A model generated the notes under the pieces. The model saw only the letters and a program-made list of their open reading frames with translations, was not told where the DNA came from and made no database searches. From assembly GCA_951406725.2 (NCBI GenBank), contig OX597819.1, positions 47,616,001-47,680,000 on the forward strand: 64,000 nt of DNA, read 5' to 3'. This stretch comes from Octopus vulgaris. Taxonomy: Eukaryota. The translations under genes and the position numbers were made by a program. Shown one piece after another: positions 29,290-42,166 of the stretch. Each line of letters starts with the position of its first letter. The first letter of the stretch is position 1.

Positions 29290-30257
29290 GGCATTAAGAA
29301 GAGCATCCAGCCCATAGAAACCAAACCAAAACAGATAACTAGAGCTTGGTACAGCTCTCTGGCTAAACAGATCCAGTGAAACTGTCTAACCCATGCCGGC
29401 ATGGGAAACAGACATTAAGTATGATGATGATGAGGAGGAGGAGGAGGATGATGATATATATAAGGAATAATGTTTCAATAAACTTGAAGTGATGAATGGG
29501 ATGGAATACTAATCAACTTCAGTCGATAAATAAGTGTGTGTGTGTGTGAGTGCATGTATGTCTGAGTGAGTTAATGAGTGTGTGTGTGTGTGTTTGTATG
29601 GGTGCTTGTATGTATTCATACAAGTATATTATGTTATACGTTGTTGTACATTGTTTTATTTATTACTTACAATCTCAAAAGCAAAGGTGGATACTGTTAC
29701 AGTCAAAACGTGCACACCACGAACAAGTACTAAACATGATTATACAAGATATATTTTTTCTGTCCCACAGGAGCACATTACAAAGTCCCATAGCATTTGA
29801 GTTTATTTTAGCATCCTACAGATATTCTGAATTTTGTCAAACCTGCCTGGTTGATGACAACAGAGAAAAGGGTGTGCCATAGATAATTGTTGTTGAGGTA
29901 AAGAATTCTCAGATATTGCTATCAGTAAAAACAGATGGAGATCTCAAGACAGCAACTCTTAATCTCTTGACAATGGATTTTTGAGAGATAGGCATTTTTA
30001 TTTGCATTCCTGGGGTACACTTACAGTTGTAATGTGGTTCCTTATTTCCCCAGTGATTTAATAAAAAAAAATGTTTTCTTTCATTTCAACTGATTATCAG
30101 ATCTTATATCAATAAATGGTAACAATGAACAGTGCTGGATTTCTTTCTTTGGACATATCTTGGGGGTAGGGTGGGGTGTTGGTTTTTTTTTTCTGTTGTT
30201 GTTTTTCTCTCAGCTCAGCATATACATCTCCGGCTTAAACCCACATAGTAAACACAT

Positions 30258-30649
30258 ACTCTTTTACTCTTTTACTTGTTTCAGTCATTTGACTGCAGCC
30301 ATGCTGGAGCACCGCCTTTAATCAAGCAAATCAACCCCAGGACTTATTCTTTGTAAGCCCAGTACTTATTCTATCGGTATCTTTTGCCGAACCGCTAAGT
30401 GACAGGGACATAAACACACCAGCAATGCTAGGGGGACAAACACAGACACACAAACACACACACATACATATATATATACATATATACGACAGGCTTCTTT
30501 CAGTTTTTGTCTACCAAATCCACTCACAAGGCTTTGGTTGGCCCGAGGCTATAGTAGAAGACACTTGCCCAAGGTGCCACGCAGTGGGACTGAACCCGGA
30601 ACGATGTGGTTGGTAAACAAGCTACTTACCACACAGCCACTCCTGCGCC
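30258..30649 (-). mobile_element. SINE family A, full length
   Basis: Reverse complement of the family pattern; a second 3' part adjoins at 30662-30845. Confidence 0.9.
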
Positions 30650-31069
30650 TATATTTATCTTTTATCTTTTACTTGCTTCAGTCATTAGACTGCAGTCATG
30701 CTAGGGCACCACCTTAAAGAAAGTTAGTTGAATCAAATGACCCCAGTACTTATCAGTTTTTTGTTAATCCTGGTACTTATTCTACTGGTCTCTTTTGCTG
30801 AGCCACTAAGTTACATGGGCATAGACATGCCAACACTAGTTATCAAGTTATTTCAGCATGTAATGATAAATTGATTAAAAGAAGGAAAAACTAAAAGTAT
30901 GATTAAATTATCGAAAATTTAAGGTGAAATGATTCTATGGTACGGGTTTCCTGTTTTGAAGTAATCCACATTAAATCTGCTATCAAAACTTCATGTTAAT
31001 TTATCCCAAATACCAACTTAGTAATGCCCAAATTATTTTATCATTATTTAAAAAATTTTTTTAAAGTTT

Positions 31070-31093
31070 CGATGGAAACTGTGTAGAAGCCCA

Positions 31094-31124
<31 letters not shown>

Positions 31125-31620
31125 CATGCATGTGTGTGTGCGTGTGATGAGTGAATTTGGTAGAGGGAAGCTGTCTGTGTGTATGTGTTTGTGTGTACAG
31201 TGAGAGAATTTGGTAGATGGAAACTGTGTAGAATCCCCTTCTGTGTGTGTGTGTGTGTGTGTGTGCATGTGTGTGCATGTGTGTGTGTGATGAGTGTGAA
31301 TTTGGTAGAGGGAAGCTGTCTAGAAACCTATTCTGTGTGTGTGTATGTGTTTGCGTTTACAGTGAGTGAATTTGGTAGATGGAAACTGTGTAGCAGCCCC
31401 TTCTTGCGATGGGGGTGGAGTGGGGGGGTGTTCTATCACTGTTTGACAACCAGTGTAGGTTTGTTTACATCCCTGCAACTTAACAGTTTGGCAAAAGACA
31501 CCAACAAAGTATGTATCAAACTTTAAAAACAATTAGTACTAGGTTTCAATTTGTTCAACTAAACCCCTCAAGGTGATGCTCCAGCATGGTCGCAATCCAA
31601 TGATTAAAGCAAGTAAAAGA
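31070..31620 (+). repeat. Tandemly amplified internal SINE-A segment followed by the SINE right arm
   Basis: Four full units gaatttggtaga[t/g]ggaa[a/g]ctgt plus a partial one, separated by (TG)n, then the SINE-A right arm. Confidence 0.8.
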
Positions 31621-32456
31621 CAAAAAAGAAAAGATTATACTAGAAACTAATATTTTCCTTTTTGTGTGTTAAGATTTTTGCTTTTATTCATTTCGATATC
31701 TTCCTCTCTTAAACATGGTAATCTTCTATATTCATAAAGTGTTCACAAGTGTTAACTTTGTTACTAGAGCAGTTTAAATATAAGGACATCTTAATTCAGA
31801 TTTATTTATCCTTCACACTAGTTGACATTTCATCTCTCACCAACGAAACATTAGAGTGAAACATTAGACTCATGGCAGAAAATTCATTTCACTGTTTGAA
31901 CTACTTGTTTGTAAACAGGATGAGCTATATCTCCCATGACTTCCATTTCTAGAACTCGTGTGGGCTATCTGTTAACAAAGATTACAAAAGTAGCATGCTT
32001 CATAATGTTGCTGCAGATTTCATCTTCTCATACATTTTAAACAAAGTAAAATAACATGTGGTCTTGTGAATTTTAACTTCAAATATGTTTAGACTCTTCC
32101 AGTCTAAAATCAGCTATATTGCTGTTTGTTAAAATTCCTTAGGAAGAAAACAATGGTCTAGTGAAATCTGAAAGCTTAATATTAAGCTAGAGAAAACACA
32201 AGTTGCCAATTTTAAACAGAAATAGGGTCAGGTCAACTGGTTGAGTAAACTTCAGCAGATTTTAAATTCATACTTGTCATAAGTTATGTCTTGCATCTCA
32301 GGAAACCTCTTCTTTATTGAAATTAGAATGTAATATACATTCATAAAAAACTTATTTAAAATATAGCATTTGTCCCTTTAAATCAGCATAAGAATTCCAT
32401 GCTTTTGGCACAAAGGAGCAGCAGTACACAAATATTTTTATTATTTTATTCTTCAA

Positions 32457-32675
32457 AGGCGATGAGCTAGCAGAAACGTTAGCATGCCAAGCAAAATGCT
32501 TAGTGGTATTTCGTCTGTCTTTATATTCTGAGTTCAAATTCCACTGAGGTTGACTTTGCCTTTCATCCTTTCGGGGTTGATAAATTAAGTACCAGATGTG
32601 TACTGGGGTCGATCTAATCGACTGCCTCCCCTCCCCAAAAATTTTGGACTTTGTGCCTAGAGTAGAAAAGATTAT
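32457..32675 (+). mobile_element. SINE family B
   Basis: ggcgatgagctagcagaaacgttagc ... gtagaaaagattatt. Confidence 0.85.
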
Positions 32676-32689
32676 TTTTTCTTCTACAT

Positions 32690-33152
<463 letters not shown>

Positions 33153-33648
33153 TGCAAAAGAAAACTGTTAAAAAGAGAAGTTAAATTTTGTCTGTTGAAC
33201 AAATGATAGAAACCAAGCTGTGTGTGTGTGTGTGTGTGGTTCTATGCTAATCAATAGTTCAGTATTTAAAATCTTAGTAAGTGGATATGTCAAATTTTTG
33301 ATATTGTAATTTTTTAAGGGTTCACATAAGAATGTAAGTAGTGGTATGTTTTAGCAGGTCATTTCTTTACTTGTTGCTGTTATTAAGGGTATTTTCTGTT
33401 TGTATTTGGAAGGTAGGGGTTATTAGTGGGGTATGTCACGGTTTTGTTCGTAAAGAAATTTCTTATCTTGTGCTTTGATGTTCACAAGACGATGTAGGTA
33501 GGTCTAAAGGTTGTACTCAGTATGATAGAAACATACTGACCAACAACATATATATTTACATATCCATATACACATATGTATGTGTGTGTGTGTGTATGTA
33601 TATATATATATATATATATATACATACACACACACACATATATATGTA

Positions 33649-33704
<56 letters not shown>

Positions 33705-33908
33705 CATATTTATTTATTTACTTACTTAGAGGATAAGTTAACCTCATAAAGGGAAACCAAGGGAATATTGGTTCAATACCAAGTATTATTGGGGAATGAA
33801 ATTCCTTTAAAACAATTGGTAATATATTAAGTATATAGTTCATATCCAGTTAAATGAAGGAAAGAAAATAGAGAATCGAAAGTTAATAATTATTTATTAT
33901 AAACAAAT

Positions 33909-34312
33909 GTGGCTGTGTGGTAAGTAGCTTGCTTACCAACCACATGGTTCCAGGTTCAGTCCCACTGCGTGGCATCTTGGGCAAGTGTCTTCTGCTATAG
34001 CCCCGGGCCGACCAATGCCTTGTGAGTGGATTTGGTAGACGGAAACTGAAAGAAGCCTGTCGTATATATATATATGTGTGTGTGTGTTTGTGTCTGTGTG
34101 TGTTTGTGTGTCTGTGTTTGTCCCCCTAGCATTGCTTGACAACCGATGCTGGTGTGTTTATGTCCCCATCACTTAGCGGTTCGGCAAAAGAAACCGATAG
34201 AATAAGTACTGGGCTTACAAAGAATAAGTCCTGGGGTCGATTTGCTCGACTAAAGGCGGTGCTCCAGCATGGCCGCAGTCAAATGACTGAAACAAGTAAA
34301 AGAGTAAAAGAG
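33909..34312 (+). mobile_element. SINE family A inserted in one arm of a long inverted repeat
   Basis: Near-consensus copy; the flanks rejoin as aaat|tggtaatc. Confidence 0.9.
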
Positions 34313-35015
34313 TAAATTGGTAATCTTTACCTCTTACAGCTGTTTCCATTAATACTCAATAATTAAATTACAATTTTGTGCATTAAATTTACATTAATAT
34401 GCTATGAGTATAATTTCATTAGAGAAAAAAATATACCTTATGATGTTACATGCCGACTTATCAGTTCATGCCAGCAGACTAAATATTAATGCAAATTTAA
34501 TGCACAAATTTGTAACTTAAATTATTGAGTATTAATGAAAACAGCTGTAAGAAGTAAAGATTACTAATTTGTTGATAATATATAATTATTAACTTTCAAC
34601 TCTCTATTTTTTTCCTTCATTTAACTAAAATCCATATATATATGGATTTTATTTCTTGCCTTTCTGAGTGTTGTTCTTCAAGTGACTTTGTAGAAGAATC
34701 ACTCTTGTATTGCATCAGAACTGCATGGTTTGCTTCGATAACTGGCTCCAGCTCTGAGAGCCCAGCAAAGAAATATATAGTAATATATAAATATATAAAT
34801 ATCATATAAAAATATATAAATATATAAGAGAATCTATGTTGCATATATAACACCTTGAATTTACGCTTAAACTTGTAAAACATTTGGTATAAATTTGTTA
34901 AATTAAAAATTTGGGGTAATAAAACACACAATGACATATTAAAAAGACAAATTAAAATTCCAGAGAAAAATACATAGAAGATAAATATACACACTTACAA
35001 AAATACATAAAAGTT

Positions 35016-35097
35016 CATCTACGGGCCGTTTCCGAGTTGCGCCAATTAATATGAAACATATCATATATTTAAAATTGGCACTCCCCTCGTCAGGATG
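35016..35097 (-). ncRNA. Type I hammerhead ribozyme motif
   Basis: cauc-CUGACGA-[long stem II gggagugccaauu...aauuggcgcaacuc(g)]-GAAA-CG-gcc-CG-UA-gaug: both core boxes, stem I cauc/gaug, and a GUA cleavage triplet. Confidence 0.7.
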
Positions 35098-35579
35098 TTT
35101 TTTACATACAACACATAGTACACGGAAACAAATGCACAATTACATACCGGCTACATGTGAAAGACCAACCATTACGTACTCCAAAAAATTCTCATAGATA
35201 CTGAATGCTACTTTATAAGCATATAATTCAATCTAGCAGCCATAGTAAATGGTATGCACACAGTTCAATCTGGACTAATTCACTTCTACACTTAATTTAA
35301 TTTTTAATCTTTTAATTTCTCCCATTCATGCAAAGCCACATATTCGAGTTCAAGTCCTTGGTACATTTTATACTAATAGCCATTTTTTCTTTTAATTGTT
35401 ATATTACGATTTAATTACTACTTACTATATATAACAGACTATTATATATTTTATTATATATTGTTGTCACTAACGATCTCAAGATATAACTTTATATTTT
35501 GTAATATATATATATATATATATATACATCCATATACATACAATAGAGAGATGTTTTTGTTTCACTTTTAACACGTAAT

Positions 35580-35769
35580 ACTGAAATAGTGGAGAAGATA
35601 TGATATTGCTATGGGCTTGCCCTAGGCAAGAAGTTGAACATTTTTTTTTGCCCATGAAACTACATGGACCCTAAGGTATGTGTAAAATTTGAATGAAATT
35701 GGTTGTGTAGCTCTCAAGTTTTAGGGAAACACACAGACAGAAACACATTCTCAGTTTTATATATATAGA
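35580..35769 (-). mobile_element. Non-autonomous Helitron-like fragment (5' end)
   Basis: Minus strand begins A|TCTATATATATAAAACTGAG, a typical Helitron 5' terminus. A similar TCTAATATAATAAA end lies at 28521. Confidence 0.5.
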
Positions 35770-35799
35770 TATATATATATACACACACACACATATATA

Positions 35800-38272
35800 T
35801 CATCACCATCATCATCATTATTTAATGTCCATTGTCCATGCTGGCATGAGTTGGACGGTTTGACTGGGCTGGCATGCTGGAAGACTGTGCCAGGCTCCTA
35901 TTTGATTTGGCATGGTTTTCTATGGCTGAATACCCTTCCTAATGCCAACCATTTCAAGAGTGTAATGGATGCTTTTATGTCCCACTGGCATGGGTGCCAT
36001 TTGTGTGACACTGGTATCTGCCACGACTGTGATTTTGCTCAGCTTGATGGGTCTCCTTCTCAAGCATGACATTATGCCAAAGGTCTTGGTCATTGCCTTC
36101 ATGAAACCCAGCTCTTGAAAGGAACTCGGCCACTTGGTTTCATGAGGCCCAAAGCTCGAAAGGAACTCAGTCACTTTGCCTCCATGAGGCCCAATCACAG
36201 GGTGATTTTTTACATGCCACCAGCACGGGTGCACTTGGCTTGATGGGTCCTCTTAAGCAGAGCACATCGCCAAAGGTCTCAGTCACTAGTCATTGCCTCT
36301 GTGAGGTTCAAAGTTCAAAGGTCAGGCTTCACCGCTTCGTCCCATGTCTTCCTGGGTCTACTTCTACCACAGGTTCCCTCCACAGTTAGAGAGATCAGCA
36401 CTTCTTTACACAGCTGTCCTCATCTACACATCACACGACCATACCAGCACAATCGTCTCTCCTGACACCATCTGATTCCTCTTATGCCTAGCTTTTCTCT
36501 CAAGATGCTTACACTCTGTCGAACATGCACACTGACATTGCACATCCAGCGAAGCATACTGGCTTCATTTCTTTCAAGCCTACACACATTCTCAGCTGTT
36601 ATAGCCCATATTTCACTACCATGCAGCATAACTGCTCACATACAGGCATCAAACAACCTGCCTTCTGTTGCCAGCAGGGGTAGGAGCTCACTGAACTTTG
36701 CCCAGTCTAATCTTATTCCCACAGCTATGCTCTCAGAACAACCACCTCCACTACTAGCCTGGTTAACTGGTTGCCTAGATACCAGAAGCTATCTACTACC
36801 TCTGGCTTACCCCACCTGGTAGTTGATGGAGTTTATTTTCTGCATATACTCAGCATTTACTATGCCTGTGCACCTTCCACATACAAAAGTTAGTTTCTCT
36901 GTTAACCTTCCTTTGATGTTATTGCACGTTTTGTTGTGTCCAAAGCTTACTCTATGTGCATCTTATGAAGTTTTTACCTACACCTTTTCTATAGATTGGG
37001 CAGGGTCATCAACCTGAGGGGATTTGTGATTTGTCTGCCTTCCTACTTACTATGACTTTGGTTTTTGCTTGGTTAACTGTAAGGCCCTTTGATTCTAGAC
37101 CTTGTTTCCATACCTGGAACTTCTCTAACTTAGGTAGTGATTCAGCTACAAGAGCAAGGTCATCAGCACAGAGGAGCTCCCAGGGGCAGCCTGTCTTGAA
37201 TTTCTCCGTTATTGCCTGGAGGCTTATGATGAACAAGCACCAATCCCTGGTGAACCCCTACTTGTACTTGTTGCCTATCCTCACCTTCCTGGTATTACCT
37301 CTGTACAAGGCTTGTGCAGCTCTCACAAACCGCTCGTCTATCCTTAGTTTCCGCATTGACCACCAGATAAAGGATTGGGGGATTCTGTCAAAAGCTTTTT
37401 CCAAGTCAGCAAAAGCCAAGTACAGAGGTTTATCTTTTGCTAGGTATTTCTCCTGCAGTTGCCTTACCAGAAATATAGCATCAGTGGTGCTTCTACCTGG
37501 CACAAAGCCAAACTGCATCTCATCTAGACTAACTCTCTCCCTGGTTAGTTGCGCTATGACTCTCTCCACAACTTTCATCACTTGATCCAACAATTTGATA
37601 CCTCTGTAATTATTTCTATCTAAGGCATCAGCTTTACCTTTGTATCTATGGTGCTGTTACACTAATCATTGGGTATGACTCCTTCATGAACCACCTGATT
37701 TACAATACAGGTAACTAGACCATAACCCATACTGCCAGATATTTTAAGCATCTCGGTGGTGATACCTGATGTGCCAGGGGCTTTCCCTGTTTTCATATTC
37801 CTAATTGCTTTATCTACCTGGGTAGTGTCAATTCAGATAGCCGGTCCTTCAGTTGGGTCAACATTTAGCAAACTCTCCTCCTCCCATTCATTCTTCATGT
37901 TCAGCAGTCTTTCATAATGGCATCTCCAAGCCATTTTCTTTGCAGACTCTTTAAAAGCAAGTGCACCAACATCTATGTGGACACATTTCTCTCCAATGAC
38001 ATCACAATTTTCTCTCACACACTGTCTTGCAATCCGAAATACTTCAGTTTGTTGGTCCTCACGGTGCTGAACATAGGCAAACTTCTTTTCTGCTTACCCC
38101 ATGGCTAGATATACCTGTCCCTTAGCTTCCACTCTGGTTATCTGATACAGTTTCCGGCTGCACCCCACACTTCCAGATCTTCCAGGCCTGCTTCTTTGCT
38201 GTAATGGATCTATCTACAGTATTGTTCCACCACCACATTACCCTAGGTCTGGAAGGGACTTTGCACCAGCCA
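35800..38272 (-). mobile_element. 5'-truncated, decayed RTE-clade LINE (RT domain, 3' UTR, (TGA)n tail)
   Basis: QFGFVPGRSTTDAIFLVRQLQEKY..LAFADLEKAFDRIP, ELLCADDLAL (YADD box) and MLHGSEIWA..RLERNEASMLRWM. Many stops and frameshifts. Confidence 0.92.
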
Positions 38273-38444
38273 TAGAAGTGTGGATATATAAAGTTCGTTA
38301 ACCTGAATTCAATGTTTGTTCTTAACTTATATTATTGATATGTGTCTCTGGCTCAATATCGTTTGAGCAATTCTCTCCTGTAGTCCTATATATATATTCA
38401 TCTTTTTCAATCAAAAGAAATGTAATTTATAATTTACTTCCTGT

Positions 38445-38493
<49 letters not shown>

Positions 38494-39710
38494 CCTCAGA
38501 TACACAATACCTGGAAAAAAAGATGGGCTGGTTCCAGCTGGAATACTTATGATCATAGGTCTGTTTGATCAGGTCTAATGTAATCTAAAGAACACTAGTC
38601 CACTGCTGTAAACAGCTGGAGCAAATTAAACTCAACCTGTAGGGTTGAAAAATTAAGTTTGTTTTTAATATCATACCTTGGAGTTGAATGGGTTCTAACA
38701 AGCAAACTTACTCCATAGACCTCAATGCATTGATAAAATCTTCAATGTAGGATAAGAAACGTTTTGACACAGCCGTTGACTCTTATTTTGACTCCTGCCT
38801 ATTTCAATGCTGATTCAACACTGACTTAACCCTTTAGCATTTAAACCAGCCATATCAGATTCAAATATTCTACTTGTTTTATGTTCAAACAAACCAGATC
38901 TGGCCCCTCATACCTACCTTACAATGTCATTGTAAAAATAAATAATCATGTCCTTGAAATCTTGAAGATATGAAATAGTGCATGATTTATTTAAACAATG
39001 GTAGTAAAAAAGCATTACATTCCACAGTAATCTGAATGCTAAAGGCTTATTTAACATCTGGCATTTTAATAATAATAATAATCATCATCATCGTTTAACG
39101 TCCGCTTTCCAAGAGTGTAGTGGGTGCTTTTACATGCCACCGGCACAAGGGCCAGTCAGGTGGTACTGGTAACGGCCAAAAAAAATCGTTTTTTTAATAT
39201 TTTACGTGTCACCTGCACACCGGCACAAGTGCCAGTACAGCGACGCTGGTAACAATCACGCTCAAATGGTGCTTTTTACGTGGCACTGGCACGAACACCA
39301 GTTAGCTGTTCTGGCAACGATCACGCTCGGATGGTGCTCTTAGTGCTCCACTAGCACAGATGCCAGTTATCGAATTTGATTTCAAGTTCGATTAATGTTC
39401 CTCTTATTCTCTTTCTCTCTCTCTTAGTATGTGTATATTTCTGCACATATGCATGTGTGTATGGTGTGTGTGTGCATGTGCATGCGTGTGTGTGTTTACT
39501 TCTAGTTTTAAAAAAACATTCTTACCCGAACAGACTCAATATCCAATCAGCAATGGCAAATTGCCAGCATCCTAACCACCACACTCAATCTTTCATTCCA
39601 CACAATGCAATATCTTAAAGGAACTCACCACCATTATTGATGTAATTTAATGGGAAACAAACGAAAGCACAGAAGAAAGACAGAAATATATTCAATCAGT
39701 TTACTCAGTT

Positions 39711-39716
39711 TTTATT
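39711..39716 (-). terminator. Putative polyadenylation signal (AATAAA) of the TEP/A2M gene
   Basis: About 860 nt after the stop codon, followed on the minus strand by a U/GU-rich tract. The intronic copy of this region ends 18 nt past the signal. Confidence 0.6.
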
Positions 39717-40119
39717 CAAAGATTTCTAAAATAATGATGTAGAATGTTTTTATACATGATATTAAAGTAAAAAAACAGAAAGAGTAAACTAAGTCCTATA
39801 GAGTGAACAATCAAGAGATACTAGATATGTGATGGTTGCTAAGTGATGATCTAGAATTAACATCAAGATATCTTATCTGACTGGTATGTATTGTTAACTC
39901 TATTGGTATTTTAACTAAAATGAGTTAAACAATCTTTATATAGTAGTATTAACATAGTGGTAATTATATCAGTAATACAGATCTAAAGTCAACTAAATTT
40001 CTTACAAAAGAGGTTTGTAATTGTAACTACATTGGAGAAATATGTAAAAATAGAATATTTTTATATCAGTGGTAGATATAACTGAATTGATAATATCTTA
40101 TATCAAGAGTATACAATTC

Positions 40120-40312
40120 TTTTTACTATAAGTACAATGCCCAAAATTTGTTGGGAGGGTGCTAGTTGATTACATCAATACATCGATCCCTATGTTGACT
40201 GGTACTTATTTTATCAACCCTGAAAAGGATGAAAGGCAAAGTCAACCTCAGGAGCATTTGAACTCAGAATGTAAAGTCAGAAAAAACTACTGCTAAACAT
40301 TTTCTCTGGAAT
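40120..40312 (-). mobile_element. SINE family B in the predicted 3' UTR
   Basis: aaggatgaaaggcaaagtcaacctc..atttgaactcagaatg. Another copy lies at 44655-44852. Confidence 0.75.
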
Positions 40313-40573
40313 GGTAAGATCCTCCAATAGACTTAAATTCAGCTAAAAATATATTGCATCAGCCATATAAATTGGTGAGAGTAGTAATATAAAAGAAAAT
40401 ACTCTAAGACAATTCCCTTATCTATATATGTTTAAATATAAAGGATGAAAAGCATATGATAGAAAGAGAAATAAAAAAAATTGAAAATTCATTAACTTCC
40501 AAGTAAAGGAAACTGAGTTAATATTAGTGAAGAGGATGAAAGCATTAAATGCCCAGTAGTAGTGTAGAACAGA

Positions 40574-40728
40574 CTATGCGCCGATTTTGCATGAAGATGT
40601 CTTCAACTCCGTACGAATATTTTTGATCATAGAAGTTGGAAATATTGAAGAATATTCATTTAGCTGAATCTTCTTGGCAGCAGCATCATAGAGATTTTTC
40701 CTGGTTACAACTGCTAGTGTGGAGGATA
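40574..40728 (-). CDS. A2M/TEP-family gene, terminal coding exon: (V)SSTLAVVTRKNLYDAAAKKIQLNEYSSIFPTSMIKNIRTELKTSSCKIGA*
   Basis: Acceptor ttttccAG, phase 1, TAG at 40574-40576. The terminal helix plus Cys is typical of NTR/C345C modules. Confidence 0.75.
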
Positions 40729-40816
40729 CTGGAAAAGATTAAAAATTTATAATAATATATAACACTATTTTGAATACCATAATCTGGAAAATCATTTAAA
40801 ATTTTCTTTATGTATA

Positions 40817-40977
40817 GGTACAGGCATGGCTGCATGGTAAGAAGCTTGCTTCTCTACCACATGATTCTGGGTTCAGTCTCACTGCATGGCACCTTGGGCA
40901 AGTGTCTTCTACTATAGCCTCAGGTCAACCAAAGCCTTGTGAGTGGATTTGATAGACGGAAACTGAAAGAAGCCCTT

Positions 40978-41025
<48 letters not shown>

Positions 41026-41200
41026 TGTTTGCTCTCCCCCCATTGCTTGGCAACCGATGCTGGTGTGTTTACATCGATGTAACTTAGCAGATCGGCAAAG
41101 GAGACCAAAAGAATAAGTGCTAGGCTTCTAAAGAATAAGTCCTAGGGTCGATTTGTTCGACTAGCTGCAATCAAATGACTGAAGCAAGTAGAAGAAAAGA
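40817..41200 (+). mobile_element. SINE family A (intronic)
   Basis: Family head and tail present. Confidence 0.85.
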
Positions 41201-42025
41201 AAAGCTGGATGGCATTCAGAAAAAAAGATTTCAACCTCAATTGGCAAAACCCCTTCTCAGTGATCACTTTCAGCCCCTGATACACAGCATAAGACTATTC
41301 CCTACAATTGATTGATTGGACTATCTACAAAGATTTAGGGATATATTTGCCAATAAAACCATATCATTAATTGAAATAATAAAAAAGAAGGAAATTATTG
41401 TCATTATCATATTGTTATTATTTTATTATTCTTTGAATACATCCTGATGATGTTTCTATTGGTAAGCCTTCTATTCTTAAGTGAATCATACTGACCAGTG
41501 GTTTAAGAGAAAAAATTTGACCCTTATTTTAAAAATGGTTGAAAGTGTGTTAAGAAAGATTTGGCTTATATAGATTGGCACAAAAATCACTTTCCATTTT
41601 AAAATTTATATGAATCTGGAAATTGAAAATGAAAGACATTTGCAGTATGTTATATTCTACAGTTAGTGGAAAATAATTACTAAAGTCCAAAATAAATATA
41701 TTTAACAGTTTTTTTTTTCTTCTTTTTTCATTAAAAAATTATCTAAGTTTTCAAAAGGTAATTTTTGTGCTACCTGGTGTAATGAGCAGTAATGAAGAGC
41801 TATGTAAAAGCTCTTTTGTTGATCAACCACGTGGTTTCAGGTTCAGTCCCTTTGTGCAGTACCTTGTGCATGTGTTCCAAAGAGACTGATAGAATAAGTA
41901 CTGGACTTCAAAAGTAAATAAATACTTGGGTCAATTTATTTGACTAAACTCCTCAGTGTCCTAGTAAGGCCACAGTCTAATGACTGAAATAAGTAAAAGG
42001 TAAAAAATAAAAGATAGAAACTTAC

Positions 42026-42166
42026 CTTTATGTTTCAAATTGTCACATTTACAATTACTATCAATATCAAGTTTAACTGCTGAGTTTATTATTTCTCTTG
42101 GCTTGGGTCTTTCATTTGAATAAATCTTCAATTTTGTAGGGGCGTTCATCAAACCAACTTTATAAG
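42026..42166 (-). CDS. A2M/TEP-family gene exon: (T)YKVGLMNAPTKLKIYSNERPKPREIINSAVKLDIDSNCKCDNLKHK
   Basis: ttttacAG ... GTAAG, 141 nt, phase 1-1, open. The CxC-xx-L motif is typical of NTR domains. Confidence 0.8.
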
